Of a stretch of DNA of 64,000 nucleotides, positions 41,036 through 51,017 are shown piece after piece. The stretch's first letter is position 1, and every line of letters begins with the position of its first letter. The position numbers were made by a program, and so were the translations under genes. Origin of the DNA: Limnothrix sp. BL-A-16 (GTDB taxonomy: Bacteria > Cyanobacteriota > Cyanobacteriia > CACIAM-69d); contig CP166615.1 in assembly GCA_041937175.2 (NCBI GenBank), positions 1,152,001 through 1,216,000 on the forward strand. The letters run 5' to 3'. The notes below the pieces were generated by a model. The model made no database searches. It was not told the DNA's origin and was given only the letters and a program-made list of their open reading frames with translations.

Positions 41036-42361
41036 CTAAGTTGAGGATGCCCGGTTCAGGTGTCGATCGAGCAGCCGATCGAGCCAGTGCAGCAACCCCA
41101 ACACCAGCCCCACACTCAGCACGGGCCAAATCCAAAATCCTCGGGCGATCGCTGGGGAGGCATCGAGGGCCAGCCCACCCAACGGCGGCCCCACCGCATA
41201 GCCCACGGCCCAGCAGAGGGAATTGATCGAAAGGTAAGTGCCGCGTAGGGATTCCGGAGCCAAATCCACCACCAGGGCCGAACCAGAGGGCGTATAGGCC
41301 ACCATGGCCAGGGACAACAACGCCAAGGCCACGCTCGCCCCGGCCAAGGCCCAGGCTCCGGGCTGAATCCACCAAACGGCGGCAAACCCCACCCCAAACA
41401 ACCCGGCAGCGATCGCCAACGATCGGGCATGGCCATAGGGGCGCAGCAACCGGGATATGGGCAGTTGGGCCACCGCCGCTAAAATAATATGCCCCGAGAA
41501 GAGCACCCCGATTTGCGCGGGAGCCAAGCCCACAATCCGCTTGAGATAAAGGGGCAAGGTGGCTTCCACTTGGGCCAAATAGGTGGTGAACAAAATATTA
41601 GCAATCACAAACAGGCCGAGGAGTCGATCGCTCAGGGTTTTGCGCCAGCCGGCCCAATGGCCGATCGCCGTTTGGACTGCGGGCCGGCGATCAGGCACCA
41701 GGGCCACCACCGCCACCGCAAACAGCACAAAAGACAGGGCATCGCCCAAAAACAGCAACCGATAGAGACCGGTTTGGCCCACCAGCAATCCCCCGATCGC
41801 CGTGCCCAATCCCAGCCCCACCACATCCGCCAGCCGCGTGACCGCAAAGGCTTCCCGCCGATGTTCCTCCGGGGTAAAGTCCGCCACCAGGGCTTCCATG
41901 GCCGGCCAATATAGCCCCACGCCCAAGCCCATCAGCAGATTGCCCACCACCAGCAACGGAAACCCCGCCGCAAACCCCAACACCCCATCCCCCAGGGCCG
42001 AGGCGATCGCCGACAACAGCAACACATTGCGTCGGCCCACCCGGGGCGAATCCGACCATGAACCGCTGGCCACCCGGCCCAGCACCCCCGACAACTGCCC
42101 CAACCCCAGGGCAGTACCCACTGCGGTGGCCGACAGGCCCACCTGTTCCACAAAGTAGATCGCTCCGTAGAACATGACCAAACCAGTGCCCAGGTGCAAC
42201 AGGACGCGCCCCAGGGTCAAAATCCAGACCACACCGGGCAAGGGAGGTAACCATTGCTGGTCAGTGGATTGAGTTGTGGATTGGACTGTGGATTGGAATG
42301 ATCGACCTTTGGGAAACAGCCCCTGCTTCAATCGTTGTTGGATTTGACGCAACGCGCCCAT
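41036..42361 (-). CDS. MFS transporter
   Basis: About 12 hydrophobic segments; GSWSD..VGRR, LYWPA..A, DLAPESLRGTY. Confidence 0.9.
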   Translation of the reverse strand: MGALRQIQQRLKQGLFPKGRSFQSTVQSTTQSTDQQWLPPLPGVVWILTLGRVLLHLGTGLVMFYGAIYFVEQVGLSATAVGTALGLGQLSGVLGRVASGSWSDSPRVGRRNVLLLSAIASALGDGVLGFAAGFPLLVVGNLLMGLGVGLYWPAMEALVADFTPEEHRREAFAVTRLADVVGLGLGTAIGGLLVGQTGLYRLLFLGDALSFVLFAVAVVALVPDRRPAVQTAIGHWAGWRKTLSDRLLGLFVIANILFTTYLAQVEATLPLYLKRIVGLAPAQIGVLFSGHIILAAVAQLPISRLLRPYGHARSLAIAAGLFGVGFAAVWWIQPGAWALAGASVALALLSLAMVAYTPSGSALVVDLAPESLRGTYLSINSLCWAVGYAVGPPLGGLALDASPAIARGFWIWPVLSVGLVLGLLHWLDRLLDRHLNRASST

Positions 42362-42385
42362 GAACAGACCCCACCCCGCAAGGAT

Positions 42386-45094
42386 TTAATCGACCGTTTC
42401 CGAAACCGGGAAGCGATCGAGTAGGGCCCGCGCTTCGCTGGCCCGATCCTTCAAGTCTCCCGCCAAATAGGGCACATGAATCACCTGGGAGAGCAAATCC
42501 AGCGTTCGGCGCACCATCCGCACCACATCCCCATCATCCAAGCTGGTGCGGGCCGACAAGTCCGACCATTCCGCCCCCAAGGCCCACTGCTCCACCAAAC
42601 CGATCAGTTCGTCTTCCAGCAAAATCGGCAACATCACCCGATAGCGCCGCTGAATCTTGAACAGTTCCCGCCGTTGATCGCTCAAATCTTCCAGGGTGGC
42701 CAACACGCCATCCGTAGGGAGTGCATCCGTCCAAGTGTCTGGGCGGGGTTCTTCAATCAGCAGGGCCGCACAGGCGGCGGCCAGTTGGGGCGGCTCCAGG
42801 CGATCGAACTCGCCAGACATCAGGGCCAACCCCAGCCACAGCTCATTTTCTCCGCGCAACGTGGCGATCGCCTGGCCCAATTCCGTGGGCTTGTGGTTTT
42901 CGTCCAAACACTCAAAATATTGCAGAATTTCAATCAAATTCACGAACTCCTGCCAATAGCGCTCAGACATACGCCCCAACTGGCCGCGTTTTTCCGCCAA
43001 GGTATCCGCCAACGTATCCAAGCTGTGCAACGCCTTGAACAGGTACTTGCGATTAGTCCATTGGGAAACGGGATGCTCCTCCAACTGAGCCGCCACCGAT
43101 TCCACCCGTTCTCGTTGCTCAATCACTTCCGGCGCATCTTCCGGATCGGGCAACACAGGAATCCGATGAATGATGGCTAGGGTTTCTTCGTCGCCGGCCA
43201 GGTGCTGGCCAGGCCGCAGGGGCAAAGCCACCGGGGGTTCCAGGCGATCGACCGCTGAAATGCGCGGAAATTCCCCGTAAAGGCCCGCCACATCCTCGGT
43301 TTTCACCACATGCCAAGCATTGTCAATCCCCAAACAAACCAGATAGGGGAATCGACCGGAGCCAGCCACCTTCAGCACCAACACCGCTGGCAAAGGTTCC
43401 TTCACCGGAATTGACGGCCCCTTGAGGGCCAACACGGTTCCCGCCACTGCAAATTGCAAAGCGGGAGCCAAGTCCTTGCCGCGCACCACCTCCGCCTGTT
43501 CTTGCAAGGTTCGCAGCAACCGTTCTTCGGCCTTGAGTCGCTGGTTGAGCTTTTCGTATTGGGCCACTTGGGCCAAGTCCACCTCGGCTGTTTGGGCTTG
43601 CAGTTGCTCCAGCTCGGCTGCCAGTTCCTCCACCTCTTCTTGGTAGGGAATGAGGTGAATGGTGGAGAGGTATTGGCCAAAGCTGCGTTCCACCAGGCTG
43701 CGCGCTTCCTCTAGGGAGTGGGTTTGCAGCAGGTTCAGCACCATGCCATAGGTGGGGGTGAACTGACTGACGAGGGGATCCGGTTGGGAGGTGGCCAGGT
43801 GGGCCGCTTCCTTGGCTCCTTCAAAGGGCGTTTGCAGGGTCACCACATAGCCCTGAATGTCTTTGCCCCGGCGACCGGCTCGGCCAGCCATTTGCAAAAA
43901 CTCGGAGGCGTTCAATAGGCGATGTCCCCGATCGGTTCGCTTAGACAGGCTGGAAATCACCGTGGTGCGGGCGGGCATGTTGATGCCGGCGGCCAGGGTT
44001 TCCGTGGCAAACACCACCTTAATCAGGCCGTCTTGGAACAGCTCTTCAACAAGGCTTTTCCAGGCGGGCAAAATTCCCGCATGGTGAGCGGCAATCCCCC
44101 GATAGAGGGCGGCTAGTTGGCCATCGCGAGCTGCGCCGGGATTTTTGACCAAAAAACTATCGATGCGGGTTTTGAGGAGTGCGGCTTCGCGATCGGACAC
44201 CAAGGAGAGGCCGGCAGCGTTGGCCACGGCCCGATCGCACCCTCGGCGGCTGAAGATGAAATAAATGGCCGGGAGCATGTCCCGCTGCTGGAGCTGGGCC
44301 AGCACAAAGGCAATATCCGGCGTTTCGGCCCGCAGATCCCGCTTCACCTGGTCGCGGGGCTTGCGACGGTTGCGGCGCTCCGACTTGAACTGAGGATGCA
44401 GCCGTTTGCCTTCGTCATCCAGCAGCGGAAACAACCCCTTGTAGTTGCCAAAGCTGAACTGCAAGGGCACTGGGCGAAAGTCGGAATAAATTAATTCCGT
44501 GGGCCCATGGACATAGTTCAGCCAATCCGTGAGCTGTTGGCTGTTGGCCACGGTGGCCGACAGGGCCACCAGTTGAATTTCAAAGGGGCAATAGATGATT
44601 GACTCTTCCCAAACGGTTCCCCGCTGGGAGTCGTTCATGTAGTGACATTCATCGAGCACCACCGTTTGCACATCGGTCATGGAAGTGCCGATTTGCCCGA
44701 TCGGGGTGCCATAGAGCATGTTGCGGAAAATCTCCGTGGTCATCACCACCACGGGGGCATCGCGGTTAATGGACACATCCCCGGTCAATAACCCCGCTTG
44801 ATCTTCGCCAAACTGCTCTTTAAAGTCGCGGAATTTCTGATTGGAAAGGGCCTTGAGGGGCGTGGTGTAAAACACCCGTTTGCCTTGGCTGAGGGCGCGA
44901 TAGATCGCATATTCACCCACCAGGGTTTTGCCAGAACCGGTGGGGGCACAAACCACCACGGATTTGTTGGCATTCAGCGCCTCGATCGCTTCCAATTGAA
45001 AGCGATCGAGATCAAAGGCAAAAACATCGGCAGGAGGCGGCCCTTGAGCGATCGAAACTGAGCCGGCCTGGGGCGAAATGGGGGAAACAGTCAC
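42386..45094 (-). CDS. helY: Ski2/HelY-like DExH RNA helicase
   Basis: APTGSGKT, TPLKALSNQK, DECH, LSAT, HHAG, ATETLAAGINMPA, QMAGRAGRRG; C-terminal DSHCT-like GDVVR. Confidence 0.92.
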   Translation of the reverse strand: MTVSPISPQAGSVSIAQGPPPADVFAFDLDRFQLEAIEALNANKSVVVCAPTGSGKTLVGEYAIYRALSQGKRVFYTTPLKALSNQKFRDFKEQFGEDQAGLLTGDVSINRDAPVVVMTTEIFRNMLYGTPIGQIGTSMTDVQTVVLDECHYMNDSQRGTVWEESIIYCPFEIQLVALSATVANSQQLTDWLNYVHGPTELIYSDFRPVPLQFSFGNYKGLFPLLDDEGKRLHPQFKSERRNRRKPRDQVKRDLRAETPDIAFVLAQLQQRDMLPAIYFIFSRRGCDRAVANAAGLSLVSDREAALLKTRIDSFLVKNPGAARDGQLAALYRGIAAHHAGILPAWKSLVEELFQDGLIKVVFATETLAAGINMPARTTVISSLSKRTDRGHRLLNASEFLQMAGRAGRRGKDIQGYVVTLQTPFEGAKEAAHLATSQPDPLVSQFTPTYGMVLNLLQTHSLEEARSLVERSFGQYLSTIHLIPYQEEVEELAAELEQLQAQTAEVDLAQVAQYEKLNQRLKAEERLLRTLQEQAEVVRGKDLAPALQFAVAGTVLALKGPSIPVKEPLPAVLVLKVAGSGRFPYLVCLGIDNAWHVVKTEDVAGLYGEFPRISAVDRLEPPVALPLRPGQHLAGDEETLAIIHRIPVLPDPEDAPEVIEQRERVESVAAQLEEHPVSQWTNRKYLFKALHSLDTLADTLAEKRGQLGRMSERYWQEFVNLIEILQYFECLDENHKPTELGQAIATLRGENELWLGLALMSGEFDRLEPPQLAAACAALLIEEPRPDTWTDALPTDGVLATLEDLSDQRRELFKIQRRYRVMLPILLEDELIGLVEQWALGAEWSDLSARTSLDDGDVVRMVRRTLDLLSQVIHVPYLAGDLKDRASEARALLDRFPVSETVD

Positions 45095-45244
45095 GCGCGG
45101 CAGTTACTCAAACGGGGTGAAGGGGCGATCGGCCTTAACCTGTTGGATGGGTGATGCACAGGCTAGAACCGTCTTCAATAGTAGAGCGAATTGGAAAACC
45201 CGTGCCACCACGCCCCCATCCCCCAACCGGCTCAAGGGTCATTC

Positions 45245-46633
45245 CTAGGCGGGCACTTCCGCCACCAGTTTGTGGCCACTGAGGGCAGACTTGCGGCTGT
45301 CAAAGAGCTTGCCCAGCCCCTCCGTCACGTCCGCCACAATCTTTTGGGGGCATTCCGCAATGAAGGCCTCGGCGGATAGTTCACCGGCAAAGAAGGCCTT
45401 ACCCCGATCGCGCAGTCGTGACATTTCGTCATAGCCCATGGCCTTCACCATGTAGGTCGTGAGGGGCGAGTTTTTGATGTCGTAGTCAAAATCCTGCAAC
45501 CGGCCCACTTCCACCAGGGTCAACACCTCCTCTTCAATGGTGTTGCGGGGGTAATAAACATGATCCAGTGCGGGCAGAAAGTCCGCCAAGGAGGAAACAT
45601 TGAACCCTTCGCTCGGCATTTCACCCATCAACATGGACAGGGGAATATCCTTGCCAAAGCGCATGGACAGGGCTTCTAGAAAGGCGATCGTAAATAACTT
45701 TGTGCCCAGATAAAGGCGACCAATTTCCAAGTTGCTGCGAGCCTGTTCCACCAGAGCATTAAAGGTGGCATCGTCTGGCTCATCGCGAAACTGATGAAAA
45801 ATCCGCTCCGGTTGCAGGGAATTCATGAAGCCTTCCATTTTTTGGAGGGCAACCCGGTATTGATAGACCGTATAGGAGGTGGAAAACTTCAGATTGTGGT
45901 TGGTTTCCGGCAACAGGCTCCAGGTGTTGTCCAAGAACCGAGCGGCGCTGGGGTTGGCAAAGCTGCCCACGTCCCGGTTAGCCAAGCGCACCGATCGCTT
46001 GACGGTTTTTTCAATTAACGCCTCATCTAGCCCCAAATCATATTTTTCATTGACCAGGTTCAGGCGCTGATACAGAACATCACAGTTACTGAACCCCTCG
46101 GCACTTTTGGGCCGAAACGGAATCGTTCCCTCAATGCAGGCGGTGATTTGGGCAATCAGGGCAGCGGGGGCATAGTCTTCTAAAATTTTGCCGGCGGCCA
46201 AGGCACTGAGATACTCATTCATCCCGGCATAGGGAGAGAGGGTCTGCCCCGGCCCAAAGCCAAAAATATCGGTGACCAACGCAAAGGTTTGGTCTTTTTC
46301 CAGCAGTTCCGACTGATCGCGAATAATTAAAGCTTCTCCCTCTTCGCGTACAAAGGGGGTGATGAAGTAGCTGAGGTTGAAGTTAACGCTGCGATCGACC
46401 TGGACATAAACCAAGTCGTGGAACAGGGCCGAGAGCACCTCGATCGGGTCTTCATGGCCCCCCACTTCAAAGATGTGCTCCGGCGTGTGGAAATAGCGCC
46501 ACGGGCCGGTCATGGTTTGCACGATCGTGGCGGCAATCTTATCGAGCGGGGCCCGATCAATCGACAGCCCCGATGCCTGAGTTGCCCACACAAGCTTCTC
46601 AAGGCATTCTTCTCGATCGCGTTCTCGGCTCAT
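45245..46633 (-). CDS. Hypothetical protein with HD-like motif
   Basis: RYFHTPEH...ALFHDLVY; 462-aa ORF. Confidence 0.6.
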   Translation of the reverse strand: MSRERDREECLEKLVWATQASGLSIDRAPLDKIAATIVQTMTGPWRYFHTPEHIFEVGGHEDPIEVLSALFHDLVYVQVDRSVNFNLSYFITPFVREEGEALIIRDQSELLEKDQTFALVTDIFGFGPGQTLSPYAGMNEYLSALAAGKILEDYAPAALIAQITACIEGTIPFRPKSAEGFSNCDVLYQRLNLVNEKYDLGLDEALIEKTVKRSVRLANRDVGSFANPSAARFLDNTWSLLPETNHNLKFSTSYTVYQYRVALQKMEGFMNSLQPERIFHQFRDEPDDATFNALVEQARSNLEIGRLYLGTKLFTIAFLEALSMRFGKDIPLSMLMGEMPSEGFNVSSLADFLPALDHVYYPRNTIEEEVLTLVEVGRLQDFDYDIKNSPLTTYMVKAMGYDEMSRLRDRGKAFFAGELSAEAFIAECPQKIVADVTEGLGKLFDSRKSALSGHKLVAEVPA

Positions 46634-46836
46634 CGCGTTGCCCCCGATAGGTTTGCCTGATGGTGATTAGACAGCCTCCCCACCGTTGGCGGTTGGGAAT
46701 CTCAATGTCTAGGTTGGTTGAGGTTGAATCTTCCGAATCTTAACCGACATTCTGAGCGAGGCGGTCGGAATCATCACTTTTGAGCTGTTTGGCTCCCCGC
46801 CCAGCGGTCTGGCTCTGTCCGATGAGCTAAACACCA

Positions 46837-46876
46837 GTCCATGGCATCTAGTCCATGGCATCTGGCCCATGGCATT
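46837..46876. repeat. 14-bp tandem repeat x3
   Basis: AGTCCATGGCATCT x2 then GGCCCATGGCATT. Confidence 0.7.
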
Positions 46877-47025
46877 AAGCGGCATTTCTTAATCGCATTT
46901 ATAGCGCATGGGATAGGGTCTAGGGGTGATTTTTGACACCAGTACCCATGAGGTCGATCGGTCAGCAGTGACGCTTCGGGGCCAGCGCTGGGGGAAATCG
47001 GCGGGGGAAACCAATGATATTCGCC

Positions 47026-47538
47026 CTAGGGGCATTCTAGCGATTCTCGAGTATCTGCGCCGGTTTGGGGATTAGTGCCAGCCGCATATTCACAGAGCCG
47101 GGCCGCTTGCAGGCGATCGAGCGCTGCGTAGGTAAAATCGGCTCCCTGTACCTTGGCCCCTTTGAAGGTCGATCGCAGCAACATCGCATCGGACAGCACC
47201 GCATCGGTTAAGTCCGCGCCGTTGAAATTGCTCAGGTAGCCAATTCCGTTGCTGAAATCCACGCCTTGCAGGTTTGCGCCGCTGAGATTGCTGCCATTGA
47301 AAACGGCTCCTCGCAAATTGGCCCCATGGAAGTCGGCTTGCTCCAGGTTTTCGCTGGCAAATTCAGCCCGCTCCAGATTTTGGCCGGCGAAGTTGCGATT
47401 GCTCACTTCCGCATCGTCAATGGCCCGGATGGCGGCAGAGCTAGCAGCCCAAGCAGGGGCAGCGATCCCCAGCCCAATCACCATTAACAGGGCCGTGAGC
47501 GCGATCGCCCCCACGGCGGCCCGCAACCGGGAAAACAC
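47026..47538 (-). CDS. Exported/lumenal pentapeptide repeat protein; start uncertain (GTG 47538 chosen)
   Basis: Signal peptide ending APAWA; A(D/N)LxG repeats; LCEYAAGTNP.TG.DTRESLEC. Confidence 0.85.
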   Translation of the reverse strand: MFSRLRAAVGAIALTALLMVIGLGIAAPAWAASSAAIRAIDDAEVSNRNFAGQNLERAEFASENLEQADFHGANLRGAVFNGSNLSGANLQGVDFSNGIGYLSNFNGADLTDAVLSDAMLLRSTFKGAKVQGADFTYAALDRLQAARLCEYAAGTNPQTGADTRESLECP

Positions 47539-47768
47539 GAAACCGCGAGGCAAAACACCAAAAGACAGAAAACCGCAGGACAGGATCGATCGAGCTGATC
47601 GTGAGAGTTGGGAAGAATGATGGGCAAAAACGATCATGACGGCGATCCCCGAAAGACAGCTTGAGAAACGGCTTGAGGCTATAGGCATTTTGCCATGAGC
47701 CTTTTCGAGCCGATCCGTCGGTGGTAATTTTTTCGGTGATGATTTTTGAGGAAGGAATTCTCGGACGG

Positions 47769-47884
47769 TAGGGCTTGTCGTCAAGTCACCTGAACCCCTG
47801 ATTCCACCGTTGGCAAATCGTTTGGGGCAAGGGGCTTAAGCCCCTTGTCTAGGGCGGTCAGGGCTTTGAAAATCATGACCCTAG
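47769..47884. mobile_element. MITE family C (TAGGG(G)CT(T)GTC(G/A)TC-type end) with central CAAGGGGCTTAAGCCCCTTG
   Basis: Similar to the units at 50702-50880 and 58971-59050; right end overlaps the GT2 stop codon. Confidence 0.65.
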
Positions 47885-50280
47885 GGCAGCACGATCGCCT
47901 CACGGGCCCGACGATCGCGTTGTCGTCGGTAAGCCCACAGGCTCGATCGCAACAGTAACCCCAAGGAAGCTAACTCCCCGGGCGACTCCCGAGACTGCCA
48001 CTGGCCCGGCTGGCAATAGAGCCATTCCACCAGTTGCCGCTGTTGGGTCGGGGTCAGGGGTTCCCAGGCCACTTCCAACAGCGCTTCCCCGGTTTGGGGA
48101 TCGCGATCGGGCTGATGGAGCACTCGCACCGGCAAAACCAAGGGCTGCCCAAAGGCGCGATCGATGAGGTGTAATTGCCCCTGCTCCGGGTTCTCGGCGG
48201 TGGAACTCAGCGGCGGGAAATCCGTGAGCATCGAAGTGGCCTTGGTCGCTGGGGATGGTTGCGCTTCTCCCAACAGGATCCGGCGCACCGTTGCCCAACA
48301 GGCCCCAATCCCGGATTTCGGAGTGGGTTGGGGCGATCGAGTGAGGGCCACAATTGCTCCTGATTCGGAAGCCAAACGCAGCGTCACTCCCATGGGCCAG
48401 GGGCGATCGGCCAGTTGCAGCAACCCCGGGCGATCGCGCCGGAACCACTCATGCCGATTCGGCTTCGGAGCATCCACAGAAGCCAAAACCGCCGCCCCTA
48501 TCAACAGCAAGTTATAGGTCAACCAAGCCAAATTCAGTTCGCTGCTGCTTGAACCCACCGGCCAGGGCAACCACCCCAACACCTGTACCAAAGACCAGCC
48601 CCAAGCCATGGCCGTCAGTCCCCAAATGCCAAGCAGCGGCAGCCCCGGCATGGGGTTAAACACTGCCCGATCGCGAGCAATGCCCTTGGGAGTGACCCGA
48701 AAGGCGCGGCCAAAGGGCCGCCAAAGCGTGTGCAATACCGTGAGGGCGATCGGGAAGCAATTCACAATGGCATAAACATCGCCCAACGTGGCCGAACACG
48801 ATCGCCGGTTCAACCAATTGCAGGTGGCCAAATGGGCCACATAAAGCGGCAAAAACCACAGCAACCACTCCATCACATCCGCCTGCATGGGCGAAATGCC
48901 CAGCAGGGCGATCGGCAACGGAGCCACCAGAAACAACAGCCGAATCAGCGACAAGCCCCAATAAAACCAACCTTGGGCATAGTGCAACCGCTGCACCAAC
49001 GTCAGCCCCCGAATGGTCAGCGGATTTTCCGGAATGAAAAATCCCTGCATGGTTCCCGCTGCCCAGCGCTGTTGTTGGGCAATGTAAGCCGACATGCTCT
49101 CAGGCGATAGCCCCGCACTCAAGGCCTCATTCAAATAGCGAATTTGGTAGCCACTGGACATCAAGGCAATCCCCGTGAAGTAGTCTTCGCAAAGACTGCT
49201 GGTGACAAAGCCGCCCACCTGCTCCAGGGCACTGCAGCGCACCACAAAGGATGAACCATAGCAAATGCTTGCGCCCACGCCGTCCCGCACCGACTGGATA
49301 TAGCGGCTAAACACGTCACGGTTTGTGGTGAAGCGATCGCCCAGCCCCAGGTTATAGACGATCGGGTCTGGGTTGAAGAAATGCTGGCGAGTTTGCACCA
49401 GTCCCACCGAGGGATCATGGAAAAAACCCACCGTTCGCTGCAAAAAGTTGCGAGTGGGCACAAAATCCGCATCAAAACAAACGATTAATTCTCCCTGGGT
49501 GTAACCCAAGGCATGATTTAAATTACCGGCCTTGGCATGGGTGTTGTTTGCCCGCGTCAGGTAATGACAACCCAGGGATTGGGCCAAGTCACGCACCTCG
49601 GGCCGCCGGCCATCATCTAATAGATAAATTTGCTTGGGGCCGTAGTTCAGCGCTTGGCAGCCAATTACCGTGCGGCGCAACACGTCCACCGGCTCGCCAT
49701 AGGTGGGAATCCAAATATCCACGGTGGGTTGATAGCCCGTGGCGACCAACGCGGCGGCCCGGGCCGCTTCGGCCCGGCGATCGCCCGATCGCAACATCAG
49801 CGCCAAATCCAAACCACTATTCACCCAAAGGGCAATTTCACAAACCAACAGCAAGCCACTGGCCAGCCCGTCGCCCACCGTGCTGAAATTCAGTGTCATG
49901 GTGACCCGCCAAACGATGTAGCGCAGGGTCAAAGCACCCACGATCGCCACCACCAAGGCGCGCGATCGTTGGCTGGGCATTCGTCGCCAGCGAGGTACGA
50001 GGGCCACCGTTGCCACCAACCCCACCACCATCGCCACTAACCAACTGCGATATTCAGGCTGGTCGGGTGTTTGTCCCAACAGTTCCAACCCCCAAAGGGG
50101 CAACATCAAAGACGACTGGGCAAATTCCGTCAGGCCGGTGCAACGCGCCAGGGACTCCGCCAACAACAGCATTAGCCCGATCGCCCCGGCCAAAATGCCC
50201 AGCCAACGCCCCGTCAATCGCCGTGGTTTTTGACCATGCGCCCGGGCCGGCGAGGTACGACGTAACCAAGAAAGAGTCAT
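47881..50280 (-). CDS. bcsA: Cellulose synthase-like GT2 glycosyltransferase with degenerate C-terminal PilZ-like region
   Basis: IPTYGE, LDDG, HAKAGNLN, FDAD, VQT.QHF.NPD, (C)ED, QQQRW, FRVTPK. Confidence 0.85.
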   Translation of the reverse strand: MTLSWLRRTSPARAHGQKPRRLTGRWLGILAGAIGLMLLLAESLARCTGLTEFAQSSLMLPLWGLELLGQTPDQPEYRSWLVAMVVGLVATVALVPRWRRMPSQRSRALVVAIVGALTLRYIVWRVTMTLNFSTVGDGLASGLLLVCEIALWVNSGLDLALMLRSGDRRAEAARAAALVATGYQPTVDIWIPTYGEPVDVLRRTVIGCQALNYGPKQIYLLDDGRRPEVRDLAQSLGCHYLTRANNTHAKAGNLNHALGYTQGELIVCFDADFVPTRNFLQRTVGFFHDPSVGLVQTRQHFFNPDPIVYNLGLGDRFTTNRDVFSRYIQSVRDGVGASICYGSSFVVRCSALEQVGGFVTSSLCEDYFTGIALMSSGYQIRYLNEALSAGLSPESMSAYIAQQQRWAAGTMQGFFIPENPLTIRGLTLVQRLHYAQGWFYWGLSLIRLLFLVAPLPIALLGISPMQADVMEWLLWFLPLYVAHLATCNWLNRRSCSATLGDVYAIVNCFPIALTVLHTLWRPFGRAFRVTPKGIARDRAVFNPMPGLPLLGIWGLTAMAWGWSLVQVLGWLPWPVGSSSSELNLAWLTYNLLLIGAAVLASVDAPKPNRHEWFRRDRPGLLQLADRPWPMGVTLRLASESGAIVALTRSPQPTPKSGIGACWATVRRILLGEAQPSPATKATSMLTDFPPLSSTAENPEQGQLHLIDRAFGQPLVLPVRVLHQPDRDPQTGEALLEVAWEPLTPTQQRQLVEWLYCQPGQWQSRESPGELASLGLLLRSSLWAYRRQRDRRAREAIVLP

Positions 50281-50696
50281 AGGTTCAGAATCGTTACAAC
50301 CGTCAAAACGCCATTCCGTTTCGCTATTTCGTTTCGCTATCTCATGTCACCGTTAGGACTCGATCGGATCTAACTCGATCGCTGGTCACCCGGTCGCCTC
50401 TGCCGTACTCATCCCCAAGGCCACGCTTACTCAGCCACTCCAGCCTAGGGACTCCGGATTAATTCGGCGGTGACCCCTGATCGAGCAAGATGCGTCGTTC
50501 ATCACTCCCTCTGCCAGAGTAACAATTCTTCGTAAAAATATCTTTACAAAATAATGGACGCTGATAGGCACGATGAGTAAAGGTGATCGCAAGCTTCAGC
50601 AGCGTTGAGGCGGCGATCGCCCCAACCCATCACAATCCACCAGCGGCATCGGGGCGATCAAGCTATAGTCTGATCAGAATTTTGATCAGCGATTGC

Positions 50697-50880
50697 GGGG
50701 CTTAGAGCTTGTCATCAGCTTGCCTGAAACCCTGATTGCACCGCTAGCAGATCGTGGAGGGCAAGGGGCTTAGGGGCTGTCGTCGTTTAGCCCGAAGCCC
50801 TAGATCTGCCGTTAGCGGATCGTGGGGAACAAGGGGCTTAAGCCCCTTGCCTAGGGCAGTTGGGGCATGGAAAATCAGCC
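50697..50880 (+). mobile_element. Nested/tandem family C elements, each starting at the TTA of a GGGGCTTA half-palindrome
   Basis: GGGGC-TTA-GAGCTTGTCATC...CAAGGGGC-TTA-GGGGCTGTCGTC...CAAGGGGCTTAAGCCCCTTG. Confidence 0.7.
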
Positions 50881-51017
50881 GTTTTCACTGGATCCCCAAA
50901 AATGGCGATCGGCCCTAGATCGGCGCTGGAACTAGCGCTTGGATCAGCCGCCCAAAGTCCAACTTCCTCGATCGTGCTTGAGCAGCCTTTAATCAGCCGG
51001 AATACCTAGAGAAACCC

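Noticed and set aside
47539..47784. 82-aa N-terminal extension of the pentapeptide protein
   Set aside because: The upstream TTG lies in a MITE and the signal peptide begins near 47538
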